NCBI RefSeq assembly: GCF_036323395.1
Contig: NZ_AP028907.1
Span: 1,620,001-1,652,000 of the forward strand
Length of the DNA: 32,000 nt
Source of the DNA: Pyrodictium abyssi
GTDB taxonomy: Archaea; Thermoproteota; Thermoprotei_A; Sulfolobales; Pyrodictiaceae
Direction: 5' to 3'
Part shown: piece by piece, positions 1-8,398 of the stretch
Position numbering within the stretch: the first letter of the stretch is position 1
Layout of the letters: each line of letters begins with the position of its first letter
The notes under the pieces: generated by a model
Databases searched by the model: none
Told to the model about the DNA's origin: nothing
Seen by the model: only the letters and a program-made list of their open reading frames with translations
Translations under genes and position numbers: made by a program

Positions 1-546
1 GCGTAGCAGCCTCGCTGCTAGCTCTAGCTCGTTGAAGGCCAGTGCGCGTAGCCTGGCGAGCTCGGTGCGGGCTAGCCGGGGCTTGGCTGCTAGGCGGCGT
101 AGCTCCTCGAGCATGCCCGGGGGGTCTAGGCTCGCTATCTGTATCCTTAGCAGCTCTGTCTCCGGGTCTAGGGGCTCTTCCTTGTCGCCCTCCAGCGGGG
201 GCTCTGTGGCGTCTACGCCCTGGTCGTAGGCGTCGAGGGCCTCCACCACGGCGTCTAGGTCGAGGAAGCGCCACCAGTGCTGGTTGCTGCTCCGGTAGCT
301 GGTCTCGATGACCCCGTAGTCACGCTCCAGTACGCGGAGGAGCATCGAAGGGTTGTAGTCTATGCCCCAGGCCTTTAGCCGGGCTACGACCTCCCGGTGG
401 CTGAAGTCGCCTAGGCGGACCCCGCGGCGCCCCTGAGTGGACAGGGCGGCGTCTACCGCGGCGCGGAGTACGGCATACCCTCTCTCCCCGTACTCCGCGA
501 GGAACTCTAGCACTCTCTCCCGGATACCGGGCGCCGCGGAGCCCAT
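1..546 (-). CDS. conserved hypothetical protein, 3' part truncated by the left window edge
   Basis: Open minus-strand frame from ATG (cat at 544-546) to position 1 without a stop: MGSAAPGIRERVLEFLAEYGERGYAVLRAAVDAALSTQGRRGVRLGDFSHREVVARLKAWGIDYNPSMLLRVLERDYGVIETSYRSSNQHWWRF... It is absent from the ORF track because it runs off the edge. Confidence 0.75.
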   Translation of the reverse strand, partial: MGSAAPGIRERVLEFLAEYGERGYAVLRAAVDAALSTQGRRGVRLGDFSHREVVARLKAWGIDYNPSMLLRVLERDYGVIETSYRSSNQHWWRFLDLDAVVEALDAYDQGVDATEPPLEGDKEEPLDPETELLRIQIASLDPPGMLEELRRLAAKPRLARTELARLRALAFNELELAARLLR

Positions 547-952
547 AGCAGGCACCTTAGCTAGCAGCGGGCTGGCGGGTCGAAGTGGGAGGGGCCCCGG
601 GCCCCCTACACTAGTAGTACAGTTGGCGGGGCTAGAAGCCAGATACACCAATGAAGGGGCCCCTACACGAAGACCCCGGGGTACTACCAGCGTAGCAGCC
701 CAGGATCACCGCCGGGGCCTAGCGGCATACTCTGGGGCGGAGGAGAATCGCCCCTAGGCCCTTGGTGGCGGGGGTGCTTGGCTTCGAGGGCCCCTGGAGG
801 CTCTAATTCTGGGGTCAATGGCGTCTGCCTGGCCTGTTTTGTTGCCGGCTGGTTGTCTATGGGGAGCCGTAGCGCGTTGTCCATGGTTTTGAGGGGGTTC
901 GGTGGACAAGCTAATGAGGGATGCTAGTGCTCTAGGGGTGGAGGGGTTGTAG

Positions 953-1205
953 TTGTCCTATAGCGGGCTTGCCGAGATACTGAGGAGGGAGCGGGTGCAC
1001 TACCCCGGACCCGGAGAAGCTGTTCCTTGTGCTTGGGCTCTTCCTCTCTGGTAGGATCTCGGCTGGTAAGGCTGCGGAGCTGCTAGGCCTCCGCGTAGAC
1101 GAGTTCTACCGGCTGCTCATGAGGCTCGGTATAGAGTACAGCATCTACGACGAGGGAGAGGCTCTGGAGGAGCTGGAGGCCTATGAGAGAGTCTTCAGGG
1201 CCTAG
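953..1205 (+). pseudogene. UPF0175-like (antitoxin-type) small protein, reading frame interrupted
   Basis: The frame at 1008-1205 encodes PDPEKLFLVLGLFLSGRISAGKAAELLGLRVDEFYRLLMRLGIEYSIYDEGEALEELEAYERVFRA*, with UPF0175-like GRISAGKAAELLGL. The plausible N-terminus LSYSGLAEILRRERVHYP lies in a different frame (953-1006), so a one-base shift is needed near 1004-1008. Confidence 0.5.
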
Positions 1206-1679
1206 AGTGGTGCTCAACTCGTCTCCTATCATCCTGCTTGCTAAGCTGGGGCTTCTCCGGAGCGCTGTAGAACTCTTCAGTGAAGTCGAAGTCCCTGAGG
1301 CTGTTGTCGAGGAGGTGAACAGGAAACGTGATGAAGCCAGCCAGGAGCTAACAAGGCTCATTGAGGAGGGGCTGGTCAAAGTCGAGCATGTCGGGAGGAT
1401 GCTGCCCAGGCTTGGCCGCGGCGAATCCAGGTAATACTCCTTGCAATGGCGAGAAACAAGGCAGTTGTCCTGGATGACCGCCGGGCCAGGAGGCTAGCTA
1501 GGGAGCTAGGGCTGGAGGTCATCGGGACACTCGCTATACTGCGGAGGCTCTACGAGACCGGGATTCTCCGTGTCACACCGTCTAAACTGTATCAGAGGCT
1601 ACTTGGCCTAGGATTCTACATCGATAAGGAATTATTCAATAGGGTAGTCGGCCCCACTGTGCCCGATAACGATGACTAA
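1183..1679 (+). pseudogene. DUF3368-type PIN-domain (VapC-like) protein split into two ORFs by a frameshift
   Basis: ORF 1183-1434 (VVLNSSPIILLAKLGLLRSAVELFSEVEVPEAVVEEV...GRGES) and ORF 1446-1679 (NKAVVLDDRRARRLARELGLEVIGTLAILRRLYETGIL...) are N- and C-terminal halves of one PIN fold. The joining segment QVILLA precedes the second ATG in its own frame. Confidence 0.7.
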
Positions 1680-1887
1680 TGGGGAGTAGGAGACGAGGCA
1701 TTCGTGTCTAGCCTTCCCCCTCCCCCGTCTACGTGCTACGTGTATTTGCTAGTGGCTTGAGGGCTTCATTGTTCTTGGGCTGCTTCGCTGGCGTCTGCTT
1801 GGGCCTGTGTGACGGAGTAGCCTGGCTATCGGCTATGAATGACCCAAGGCCGTAGGGTCTTGACGCCGCTGCTCCTATACTATAGGC

Positions 1888-1974
1888 CCGTAGGCCCGTT
1901 TATGGCCGCCTTTTGAGGGTATGGCGGGCTAGCCCATGGCACCATATACCCTGGCATCTTGTACGGGCCTACGG
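1888..1974. repeat. nested inverted repeat in the intergenic region upstream of the ABC operon
   Basis: Outer arms ccgtaggcccgt (1888-1899) / acgggcctacgg (1963-1974) are perfect. Inner arms are agggtatgg (1916-1924) / ccatataccct (1942-1952). The centre holds palindrome gggctagccc (1926-1935). Confidence 0.6.
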
Positions 1975-2004
1975 CTAGCCACCTCTAACCATAATTATTG
2001 ATAG

Positions 2005-2057
2005 TGTGTAATCTTTTTATTACGTGTAGCTATTATGTGTATATGTAATTGAGGGGT
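2005..2057 (+). promoter_or_regulatory. probable archaeal promoter region (TATA-like) and SD for the ABC operon
   Basis: AT-rich ctttttatta about 50 nt upstream of the start, in GC-rich surroundings; SD-like gagggg at about 2051-2056 before GTG 2068. Confidence 0.35.
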
Positions 2058-2067
2058 TCCGGGCCTG

Positions 2068-2769
2068 GTGGTGTCTAGACTCATGTGCAGGGAGGTTGTC
2101 GTGCGGCTCAGGGGTGTCTACAAGTACTACGGCGAGAAGATAGCGGCGCTGCGGGGCGTAGACCTGGAGGTGTGTAGGGGCGAGTTCGTGGCAATAGTGG
2201 GGCCTAGCGGGAGCGGCAAGTCCACGCTCATAAGCCTTGTGGCTGGTCTCGACCGGCCCGACAGCGGCTACGTGGAGGTGCTCGGTGAGAGGATCTCCGG
2301 GTGGCCGCCGGGCCGCCGGGCGGTGTGGCGGAGGAGGAGCGTGGGCATAGTCTTCCAGTTCTACCATCTCTTCCCGCTGCTAACCGTGCTCGAGAACGTC
2401 GTGCTCCCTATGAAGCTCGCCGGTGTGTTCCGGGGCAGGGAAAGGGAGCGGGCTCTAGAGCTGCTAGAGCTCGTCGGCATGAAGGACAAGGCCGGGAGGT
2501 ACCCCGGGGAGCTGAGCGGTGGCGAGCAGCAGCGCGTAGCGATAGCTAGGGCTCTGGCTAACGACCCGCCGCTGATACTGGCGGATGAGCCGACCGCCAA
2601 CCTGGATACCTTGAACAAGAGGAGGGTCGTAGAGCTCCTCGAAGAGGTCCACGAGATGGGGAAGACGGTGGTGCTCACGACGCACGACCCCGGGCTCGCC
2701 GGGAGAGCAGACCGGCTGGTCTGCCTCGTAGACGGCGCGGTGGTAAGGTGCGGCGGCGGTGCTGGCTAG
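2068..2769 (+). CDS. ABC transporter ATP-binding protein, MacB/LolD-like
   Basis: Walker A GPSGSGKST, signature LSGGEQQR, Walker B LILADEPTANLD; overlaps the permease start. Confidence 0.95.
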   Translation: MVSRLMCREVVVRLRGVYKYYGEKIAALRGVDLEVCRGEFVAIVGPSGSGKSTLISLVAGLDRPDSGYVEVLGERISGWPPGRRAVWRRRSVGIVFQFYHLFPLLTVLENVVLPMKLAGVFRGRERERALELLELVGMKDKAGRYPGELSGGEQQRVAIARALANDPPLILADEPTANLDTLNKRRVVELLEEVHEMGKTVVLTTHDPGLAGRADRLVCLVDGAVVRCGGGAG

Positions 2770-5050
2770 AGCCGGGCTACGCGCCCTGGCCCGGAGGCGG
2801 CTCGAGACGGCAGCCATAGTGGTGCTCGTAGCGGTCTCTGTGGCCGGGTTCCTAGTGATAAGGATGGCCTCCGGCTACGCTCTCGCGCTCGCGGGGAAGG
2901 CGTGGGTCTACGAGGTCGGCAACATACTGGTGGGCGTCAGCGGCGGCGCGGTAGACGCGGGGGAGGTGGCCCAGCTCCTCCAGGGCCTCCCCGTGGAGAA
3001 GCTCAAGGTCATCGAGGCCGCGTGGACGGTTGGATACTACAACGGCACCCCGTTGTCGGTTGTGCTGGTCTACAACCCTGACCCGGGCCCGCCCTTCAGC
3101 TACACCCCTGCCCTAAACGCCTCCGGCGACCGGGTGCTGCTCTACGCTACCGGGTCGAGGCTCCGCGTCCCAGAGGGCGCTACGCTGCTCCTCGGGCCCC
3201 AGGGAGAGCTAAGAGTGACTGTGGCCGGTGTCGTCCGCGGCATAGCCGTGGTCTCTGCAGGCGACCTAGCGCTCTACGCGGACCGGGAGATAGTAGAGAG
3301 GGCGGCAGCGAGCGGGGGAAGCCTAGAGGCGGCCATAGCTATAGTCCTCCGGCCGGGCGCCGACGCCGAGGCCGTGAAGGACGAGGTCCTGGAGAGGTTG
3401 GGGAAGGCGGGCTACAACGTGTCATCCGTGTTCGTCAACACGGAGGAGGATAACCCCGCGCGTAGACCCATAGAGGGCGTAGCCAGGGCCCTGGAGACGC
3501 TGACGCTGGCTGGCCAGGCTATAGCGCTCCTACTGATAGCCTCTACGAGCCTACTAGCAGTGGAGCGTGGCATCCGCGAGGTGGGTGTACTCGAGAGCCT
3601 CGGCGCCACGCGGCTCCAGGTAGCAGTGTTCTACTCAGCGCACAACATAGCCCGCGGGCTAGCCGGGGCCCTACTAGGCCTAGCAGCGGCTATCCCCCTA
3701 TCCCGGCTGCTAGTGGAGTGGGGCCTCAGAAGCTCTGAGGGCGACGAGACGGCCACCAGGCTGCTGATGGAGCTGTACCAGTTCAGCCCACGGCTAGAGG
3801 ACGTCGCCGTGCCCTACGCGGCGATGCTAGCATCCATAGTGGCTGCTGCCGTGGTGCCTCCGCTGCTCTACGCCCGGGGCGAGACGGCCCCCAAGCTGCG
3901 GTACACAGGCCGCCTGGAGGCGAGGCCCCGGCTCGCCCGCCTAGCGGTGCTAGGGCCAGAGGCGGCGCTGGCGCTCCGCAGGCTAGCAGCGAGGCCATGG
4001 AAGCTCGCTGCCTTCGTGCTACTCGCGGCCCTGGTATGGGGAAGCCTCGCATCGATAGGCATGGTGAGCCGGGGCTACGAGCACCTCGTAGCCCGTGTCG
4101 GCTCAGCCGGCTACACGCTGAAGCTGTACGTGCCCGGAGACCTGCTAGAAGAGGCCCTGGAGAAGCTTAGAGGCCTCCCCGGCGTAGAGGCTACTGATAC
4201 CTACTGCGTCTACTGGAATAGTCTTAGCATCCACGACGAGAACGTGGTGGTATTCGTCCGTGTATCCGGCGACGAATACCTCTGGTACCCCCTGGTCCAG
4301 GGCAGGCTCCCCGCGTCAGACAACGAGGCCGTGGTCTCTACAAGGCTAGCAGCGGAGCACGGCCTAGGCGTCGGCGACACCGTGGAGGCAGAGACCCCGA
4401 GGGGCACTATCCGCCTAAAAGTGGTAGGAGTAGCCGATATACCCACGAACAACGGCCTAGCAGTACTCGTAACCAGCAGCCCCGCAGAGCTCCTCGGCTC
4501 GGCGGGCGAGTGCATGGTACTGGTCAGGGCGAGCGGCGACCCGTACAGGCTAGCCCTGGAGGCCAAGCGCACCCTAGTATCCTCCGGCATACCCGCCGCA
4601 GTCTACACCGGGGAGGAGGGCGTCAGGAACCTCAGAGAAGCGGGCACCGTGCTTAAGGTGTTCATGCTCGTTATGGAGTCCGGCGTCCTCCTAGCGGGGC
4701 TGCTAGGCCTAGCACTAGCAGGAGTAGTAGACCTGGCGGCCCACCTACGCGAGGTAGGCGTGCTACGGGCGATAGGCTATACGGACCGGAGGATAGCCCT
4801 CCTCGAAGCCATGGAGGTGGCGGCCGCCTGGCTGCTGTCAGCCCCCGTGGCCCTCGCGGTAGGCTACGCTATGGCCAGCCACATGACGGGGCTTATGAGG
4901 AGCGCCCTAGGAGCCATAGAGCCGCGCGGCCCCCTAGCCTCGCTGCTAGAGGCCGCCTGGATAGCCCCACCAGTACTAGCACTGACAACAGCCGCCTGGG
5001 TGCTGTACCTCCGCAGGGTCGAGACAACACGCCTACTAGCCGAGCAGTGA
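2759..5050 (+). CDS. FtsX/MacB-type ABC transporter permease with two long extracytoplasmic segments
   Basis: 763 aa intact ORF with an N-terminal TM, two FtsX-like permease blocks (LALIALLLIASTSLLAVERGIREVGVLESLGATRLQV and LAGVVDLAAHLREVGVLRAIGYTDRRIALLEAMEV), translationally coupled to the ATPase. Confidence 0.9.
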   Translation: MLARAGLRALARRRLETAAIVVLVAVSVAGFLVIRMASGYALALAGKAWVYEVGNILVGVSGGAVDAGEVAQLLQGLPVEKLKVIEAAWTVGYYNGTPLSVVLVYNPDPGPPFSYTPALNASGDRVLLYATGSRLRVPEGATLLLGPQGELRVTVAGVVRGIAVVSAGDLALYADREIVERAAASGGSLEAAIAIVLRPGADAEAVKDEVLERLGKAGYNVSSVFVNTEEDNPARRPIEGVARALETLTLAGQAIALLLIASTSLLAVERGIREVGVLESLGATRLQVAVFYSAHNIARGLAGALLGLAAAIPLSRLLVEWGLRSSEGDETATRLLMELYQFSPRLEDVAVPYAAMLASIVAAAVVPPLLYARGETAPKLRYTGRLEARPRLARLAVLGPEAALALRRLAARPWKLAAFVLLAALVWGSLASIGMVSRGYEHLVARVGSAGYTLKLYVPGDLLEEALEKLRGLPGVEATDTYCVYWNSLSIHDENVVVFVRVSGDEYLWYPLVQGRLPASDNEAVVSTRLAAEHGLGVGDTVEAETPRGTIRLKVVGVADIPTNNGLAVLVTSSPAELLGSAGECMVLVRASGDPYRLALEAKRTLVSSGIPAAVYTGEEGVRNLREAGTVLKVFMLVMESGVLLAGLLGLALAGVVDLAAHLREVGVLRAIGYTDRRIALLEAMEVAAAWLLSAPVALAVGYAMASHMTGLMRSALGAIEPRGPLASLLEAAWIAPPVLALTTAAWVLYLRRVETTRLLAEQ

Positions 5051-5192
5051 GAGAAGAAGGGGCTAGAACCCGGACACCACTATACACGCCCGCTGAACAC
5101 GCGACTCTCCATGGCTGGGGTTTATGACGCCCTAGAAATCCCCGTCATAATCCAGTCTAACGCCATAACCCGGGGACCCATGTAGCGCCCGA

Positions 5193-5867
5193 CTAGAGCC
5201 TTATCACCATGACATTCTTCTTCCTCGCATAGGCTTCTACCTCCCTGCCGAGGTAGACAGCTGCTAATACTGGTTTCACGCGGGGGTGCGCTAGCTTTGC
5301 TTGTACAAGCTCGGTCTTCGCCAATAGGCTCCCTACGTCTCCGTGCTTCGGCCTAGTCTTCACTTCTACAACGAATAGAGACTCTTCACCATTCTTCACA
5401 GCCCATACGAGCAGGTCTATATCCTCCTCATCAACCCTATAGTTTCTGGCAAACCTGGCCACATGATACCCCTCCTCCCTGATCGACTCTAGCGCGAGCC
5501 TTGAAAGCATAGCCTCCGCTACAGCCCCCATGGTCAGCTCTACGGAGCCAAGCCTAGACCTTATCTCACCTATCTGCTCCTCAATAGAGCCGGTCCTTTC
5601 CCGGAGACCCTGAAGAGCCTCATCAAAATCCCTCTGGCGGGCCACCATTTCCTCTAAGTGGGCATTTATAGATGTCAGCGCCTTAAGTATGGCCGATAAT
5701 ACCGTGGCGATAGACTGGGCGAGAGGACCCTGCTCTCTCAGCCACTCTATCTGCCTACGAACCTCGTCGCCAAGCTCAAAACTTGTAGCCATAGTAGAAG
5801 CCCAGCCCACTATCCGATACTGCTGCACAAATAAGGATAGCTCGACGGTCCCCCTACTGCCTACCAT
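5193..5867 (-). CDS. coiled-coil plus PD-(D/E)XK nuclease-like conserved crenarchaeal protein
   Basis: N-terminal coiled coil (IGEIRSRLGSVELTMGAVAEAM), then C-terminal motif order YRVDEEDIDLLVWAVKNGEESLFVVEVKTRP resembling PD-(D/E)XK (D...D...EVK). Confidence 0.65.
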   Translation of the reverse strand: MVGSRGTVELSLFVQQYRIVGWASTMATSFELGDEVRRQIEWLREQGPLAQSIATVLSAILKALTSINAHLEEMVARQRDFDEALQGLRERTGSIEEQIGEIRSRLGSVELTMGAVAEAMLSRLALESIREEGYHVARFARNYRVDEEDIDLLVWAVKNGEESLFVVEVKTRPKHGDVGSLLAKTELVQAKLAHPRVKPVLAAVYLGREVEAYARKKNVMVIRL

Positions 5868-5968
5868 CTAGAGCGGCAAGGAGTATTAAAAGATACGAGA
5901 GAGCGCTGCGCCTAGGTACATGAGCTGTCACTCGACCTAGGTAACCCTGTCATGCGCCTTCTCTCTAT

Positions 5969-6162
5969 CTAAAGGAGCAACTCAGCCTCAATTGCCTCGT
6001 TGACGGTTATGCTATAACCCTGCTGTGAGTGGCACCATGAGATCCAGTAGCGTTTAGAGGCTGCTACAAGCACAGCTAGATCTATATTACTACAAAATAT
6101 AACCTCTCTAGCCTCGGGGTAAGAGAATGGCCTACCCTGACAGCTACTATTTACCTCTACCT
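5969..6162 (-). pseudogene. possible coding remnant, no standard start
   Basis: Minus-strand open stretch ...GRPFSYPEAREVIFCSNIDLAVLVAASKRYWISWCHSQQGYSITVNEAIEAELLL* has protein-like composition but no ATG/GTG near its 5' end. It is not in the ORF track. Confidence 0.25.
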
Positions 6163-6211
6163 AAGAGAGTGCACGAGAAACAGAGGGCATCCTCCTAGTG
6201 TACTGGACACT

Positions 6212-7004
6212 GTGTGCAAAGAGATAGATTCCATCGTCAAAGCCGTATACGGTTCTAAGGCCTGCCTCTCGCTGGGAATACAAGCAGTCTACGCAGTGAA
6301 CATACTAGTGAAGGACCTCATCCTTGACGGAAAAAGACCCTCGAAGGCACATGTAGAGGCGCTTGTGGGCACTATCATGGCCTGGGGGAGACTGCCACCC
6401 TTCAAGCTAGCCGAGATAGACCGAAGAGATGCTGCATTAGCAATAATGCACCTACTAAACAGTAGTGTAGGCGCTGCTGGCTATGGGACGCTTAGAGACT
6501 ATGCGTCTTGGCAGACGATAGTTGATGCAGCAAGCCTCGGTGTGGATGCGCTATCCAGCATGGTGGAAAGGGCTATCAAGGCTCTCAGAGCCCCGTAGGG
6601 ATGCTACATGGGTGTACAAGGCTCTACATATCCTCATGCCTTCTATCTTCGCGGCTTTCGACGGTAATATCGCGTGCGTGGTCTTCAGCGAGAATCCGAG
6701 AGAGCGGTGTATAGGCGGAAATAAGGGCGGCAAGGCTAACAAGAGGCTCGTGAATGTAGAGAACTATGTGAGGTATAGTATCTGCCTAGGACGGCTAGCT
6801 CGCTACCTTGTGGACCGGTGTGACTTCGGGTTCGAGCCTACACCGGGGTTTGGCTATGCCCGCCGGCTCTCTATAGGCGGTCTCCAACTGTACTTTCCGC
6901 TGACGAGGCTCTTGGACTATGTAGTGTGGAGTATGTCCACTGTACCTAGGAATAAAGACAAGGACGTTACTGTCTACGACCAGGTTGTCAAGAATTGTGT
7001 ATAG
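6212..7004 (+). pseudogene. conserved-type hypothetical protein split by a one-base frameshift
   Basis: ORF 6212-6598 ends ...MVERAIKALRAP*. The frame of ORF 6522-7004 resumes immediately as RRDATWVYKALHILMPSIFAAFDGNIACVVF... Removing one C from the cccc run at 6591-6594 gives continuous ...KALRARRDATWVYKALHILMP... Confidence 0.6.
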
Positions 7005-7188
7005 TTGGTGGTTGCGAGCAGGATAGACACGCAGCCTGGGGGAATGGGCTCCGAGGGTCATCTAGTCTTTGTTAGAGGATTTTGCGTATTAGTCTGTCTT
7101 GTAAGCAGTGTTTTGCTCGCCGTGCTTTAGTGCTCCCTATTGCTGTATCCTTATGCGGCTGCGCCCCAGCTAGGCTAGGGGTGTTGCA

Positions 7189-7510
7189 GTGTTGGCGGAT
7201 AATCCGCGTCTCCACGTGTTTAGCTTTCGGCCGTCCGAGCCCTACAGTTTCACGAGGCATCTTGAGAGGTTCACACTACCCGGCGAGCCAATGCCATGGG
7301 TATACGACGCGGCAAGTGGGTCGTGTCGTAGGCTGCTCCGCCTCCCCGGCGGAGGCTACGTGCCGGTCCAGGTGGTGTTTGAGGGGGAGCCCTGGAGCCC
7401 CCGCATCACAGTGAGGGCCTGGAGCAGTAGCCCCTCCCAGGCACGGGAGGCGTTCGAGGCTGTGCTGGCCTCCGTGAGGGCGCGCCTCGACTACCGTGAG
7501 TTCCTCCGCC
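7189..7510 (+). pseudogene. truncated AlkA-N-like domain of a DNA glycosylase; HhH-GPD catalytic domain absent
   Basis: FSFRPSEPYSFTRHLERFTLPGEPMPWVYD...GGGYVPVQVVFEGEPWSPRITVRAWSSSPSQAREAFEAVLASVRARLDYREFLRRVEG resembles the N-terminal domain of AlkA-type glycosylases. Past about 7510 the frame is antisense to the ATPase C-terminus. Confidence 0.4.
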
Positions 7511-8374
7511 GCGTCGAGGGGTGGCCTAGGAGCCGGGCAGCCGCGCGTATGGCCTCTCTCCGGTCTAGGCCCGCGGCCTCGGCCGCCAGGTCCAGGGCGT
7601 GGTCCAGGCGGTGGAGCTCGCCGCGTAGCCACTCTCCCAGGAGCTCTCTGTCCCTTGGGCACAGGTCTACGAGGTAGCCGGGAGACGCGCCCACTAGCCT
7701 GATGAAGGTGTCGAGGTCTACGCTGCAGCCGTGTCTCCCCCTGTACTCCTCGTATAGGGCCTGGAAGGCCCCGGGCTCCATCGGCTCTACGAGCATGTAC
7801 CCCGTGGAGTAGCCCGGTAGCCGGTGCCAGGCCCTAGCTGTCGCGAAGAAGCCCTCGCCCACGGTGACTACTAGGCGGGTCTCCTCCTCTCCCCTCTTGG
7901 CGAGGAGCCCTGCTACGGCCTCGAGCTCTGCTCTAGAGCTTCCTCTAGGCTGCTGCGGAAGAGGAGGTGGAACTCGTCGATGAACACGACTAGGGGAGGC
8001 CGTAGCCTAGAGGCTAGCTCCTCTAGGGGCCCTACCAGCCCGCGTGGCAGCCCCGCCGAGCTGAGTAGCCCGTCGAGGGCGCCGAGTAGGTCTGCCCTTT
8101 TCCCGCCTAGGTAGGGTTCTGCCCGCCGCAGCCGGGCGTCAATAACCACCGCCCGGTGGGCGAGCCTGGCTAGCGCTCTTCGGCCGAGCCTCCGGGCTAC
8201 GAGGTATCTTACCAGCTCGCTTTTCCCGACATTCCTGGGGCCATAGACTACGAGTGTACGTACGCTCTGCAGCCTCTTCTCGAACTCGCAGAGCTCTCGG
8301 CGGCGGTCGTAGAACCCGGTGCCGAGCAGGGTCCGGTACTCCCTGTCAACGAAAAGATCCCTGCTATGCTCCAA
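7491..8374 (-). pseudogene. archaeal AAA ATPase (PF01637-like) with one internal frameshift
   Basis: ORF 7913-8374 (GPRNVGKSELVRYLVARR; LVVFIDEFHLLF) and ORF 7491-7862, whose frame extends upstream as RAELEAVAGLLAKRGEEETRLVVTVGEGFF. Adding one base near 7930 yields LEEALEAELEAVAGLLAKRG. Confidence 0.7.
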
Positions 8375-8398
8375 TGCCGTGTCAGCCCCGCTGGAGGG

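Noticed and set aside
437-884. ORFs 437-757 (+) and 684-884 (-)
   Set aside because: The first overlaps the well-supported minus-strand CDS 1-546 antisense, and both have Pro/Arg/Ser-rich compositions typical of spurious GC-rich frames.
1083-1379. Minus-strand ORF antisense to the toxin-antitoxin-like pair
   Set aside because: Ser/Leu-rich shadow of the plus-strand coding frames; no recognisable motif.
2020-2817. ORFs antisense or alternate-frame to the ABC ATPase (2020-2367, 2301-2549, 2361-2678, 2464-2817)
   Set aside because: Overlap a clear ABC ATPase; shadow ORFs.
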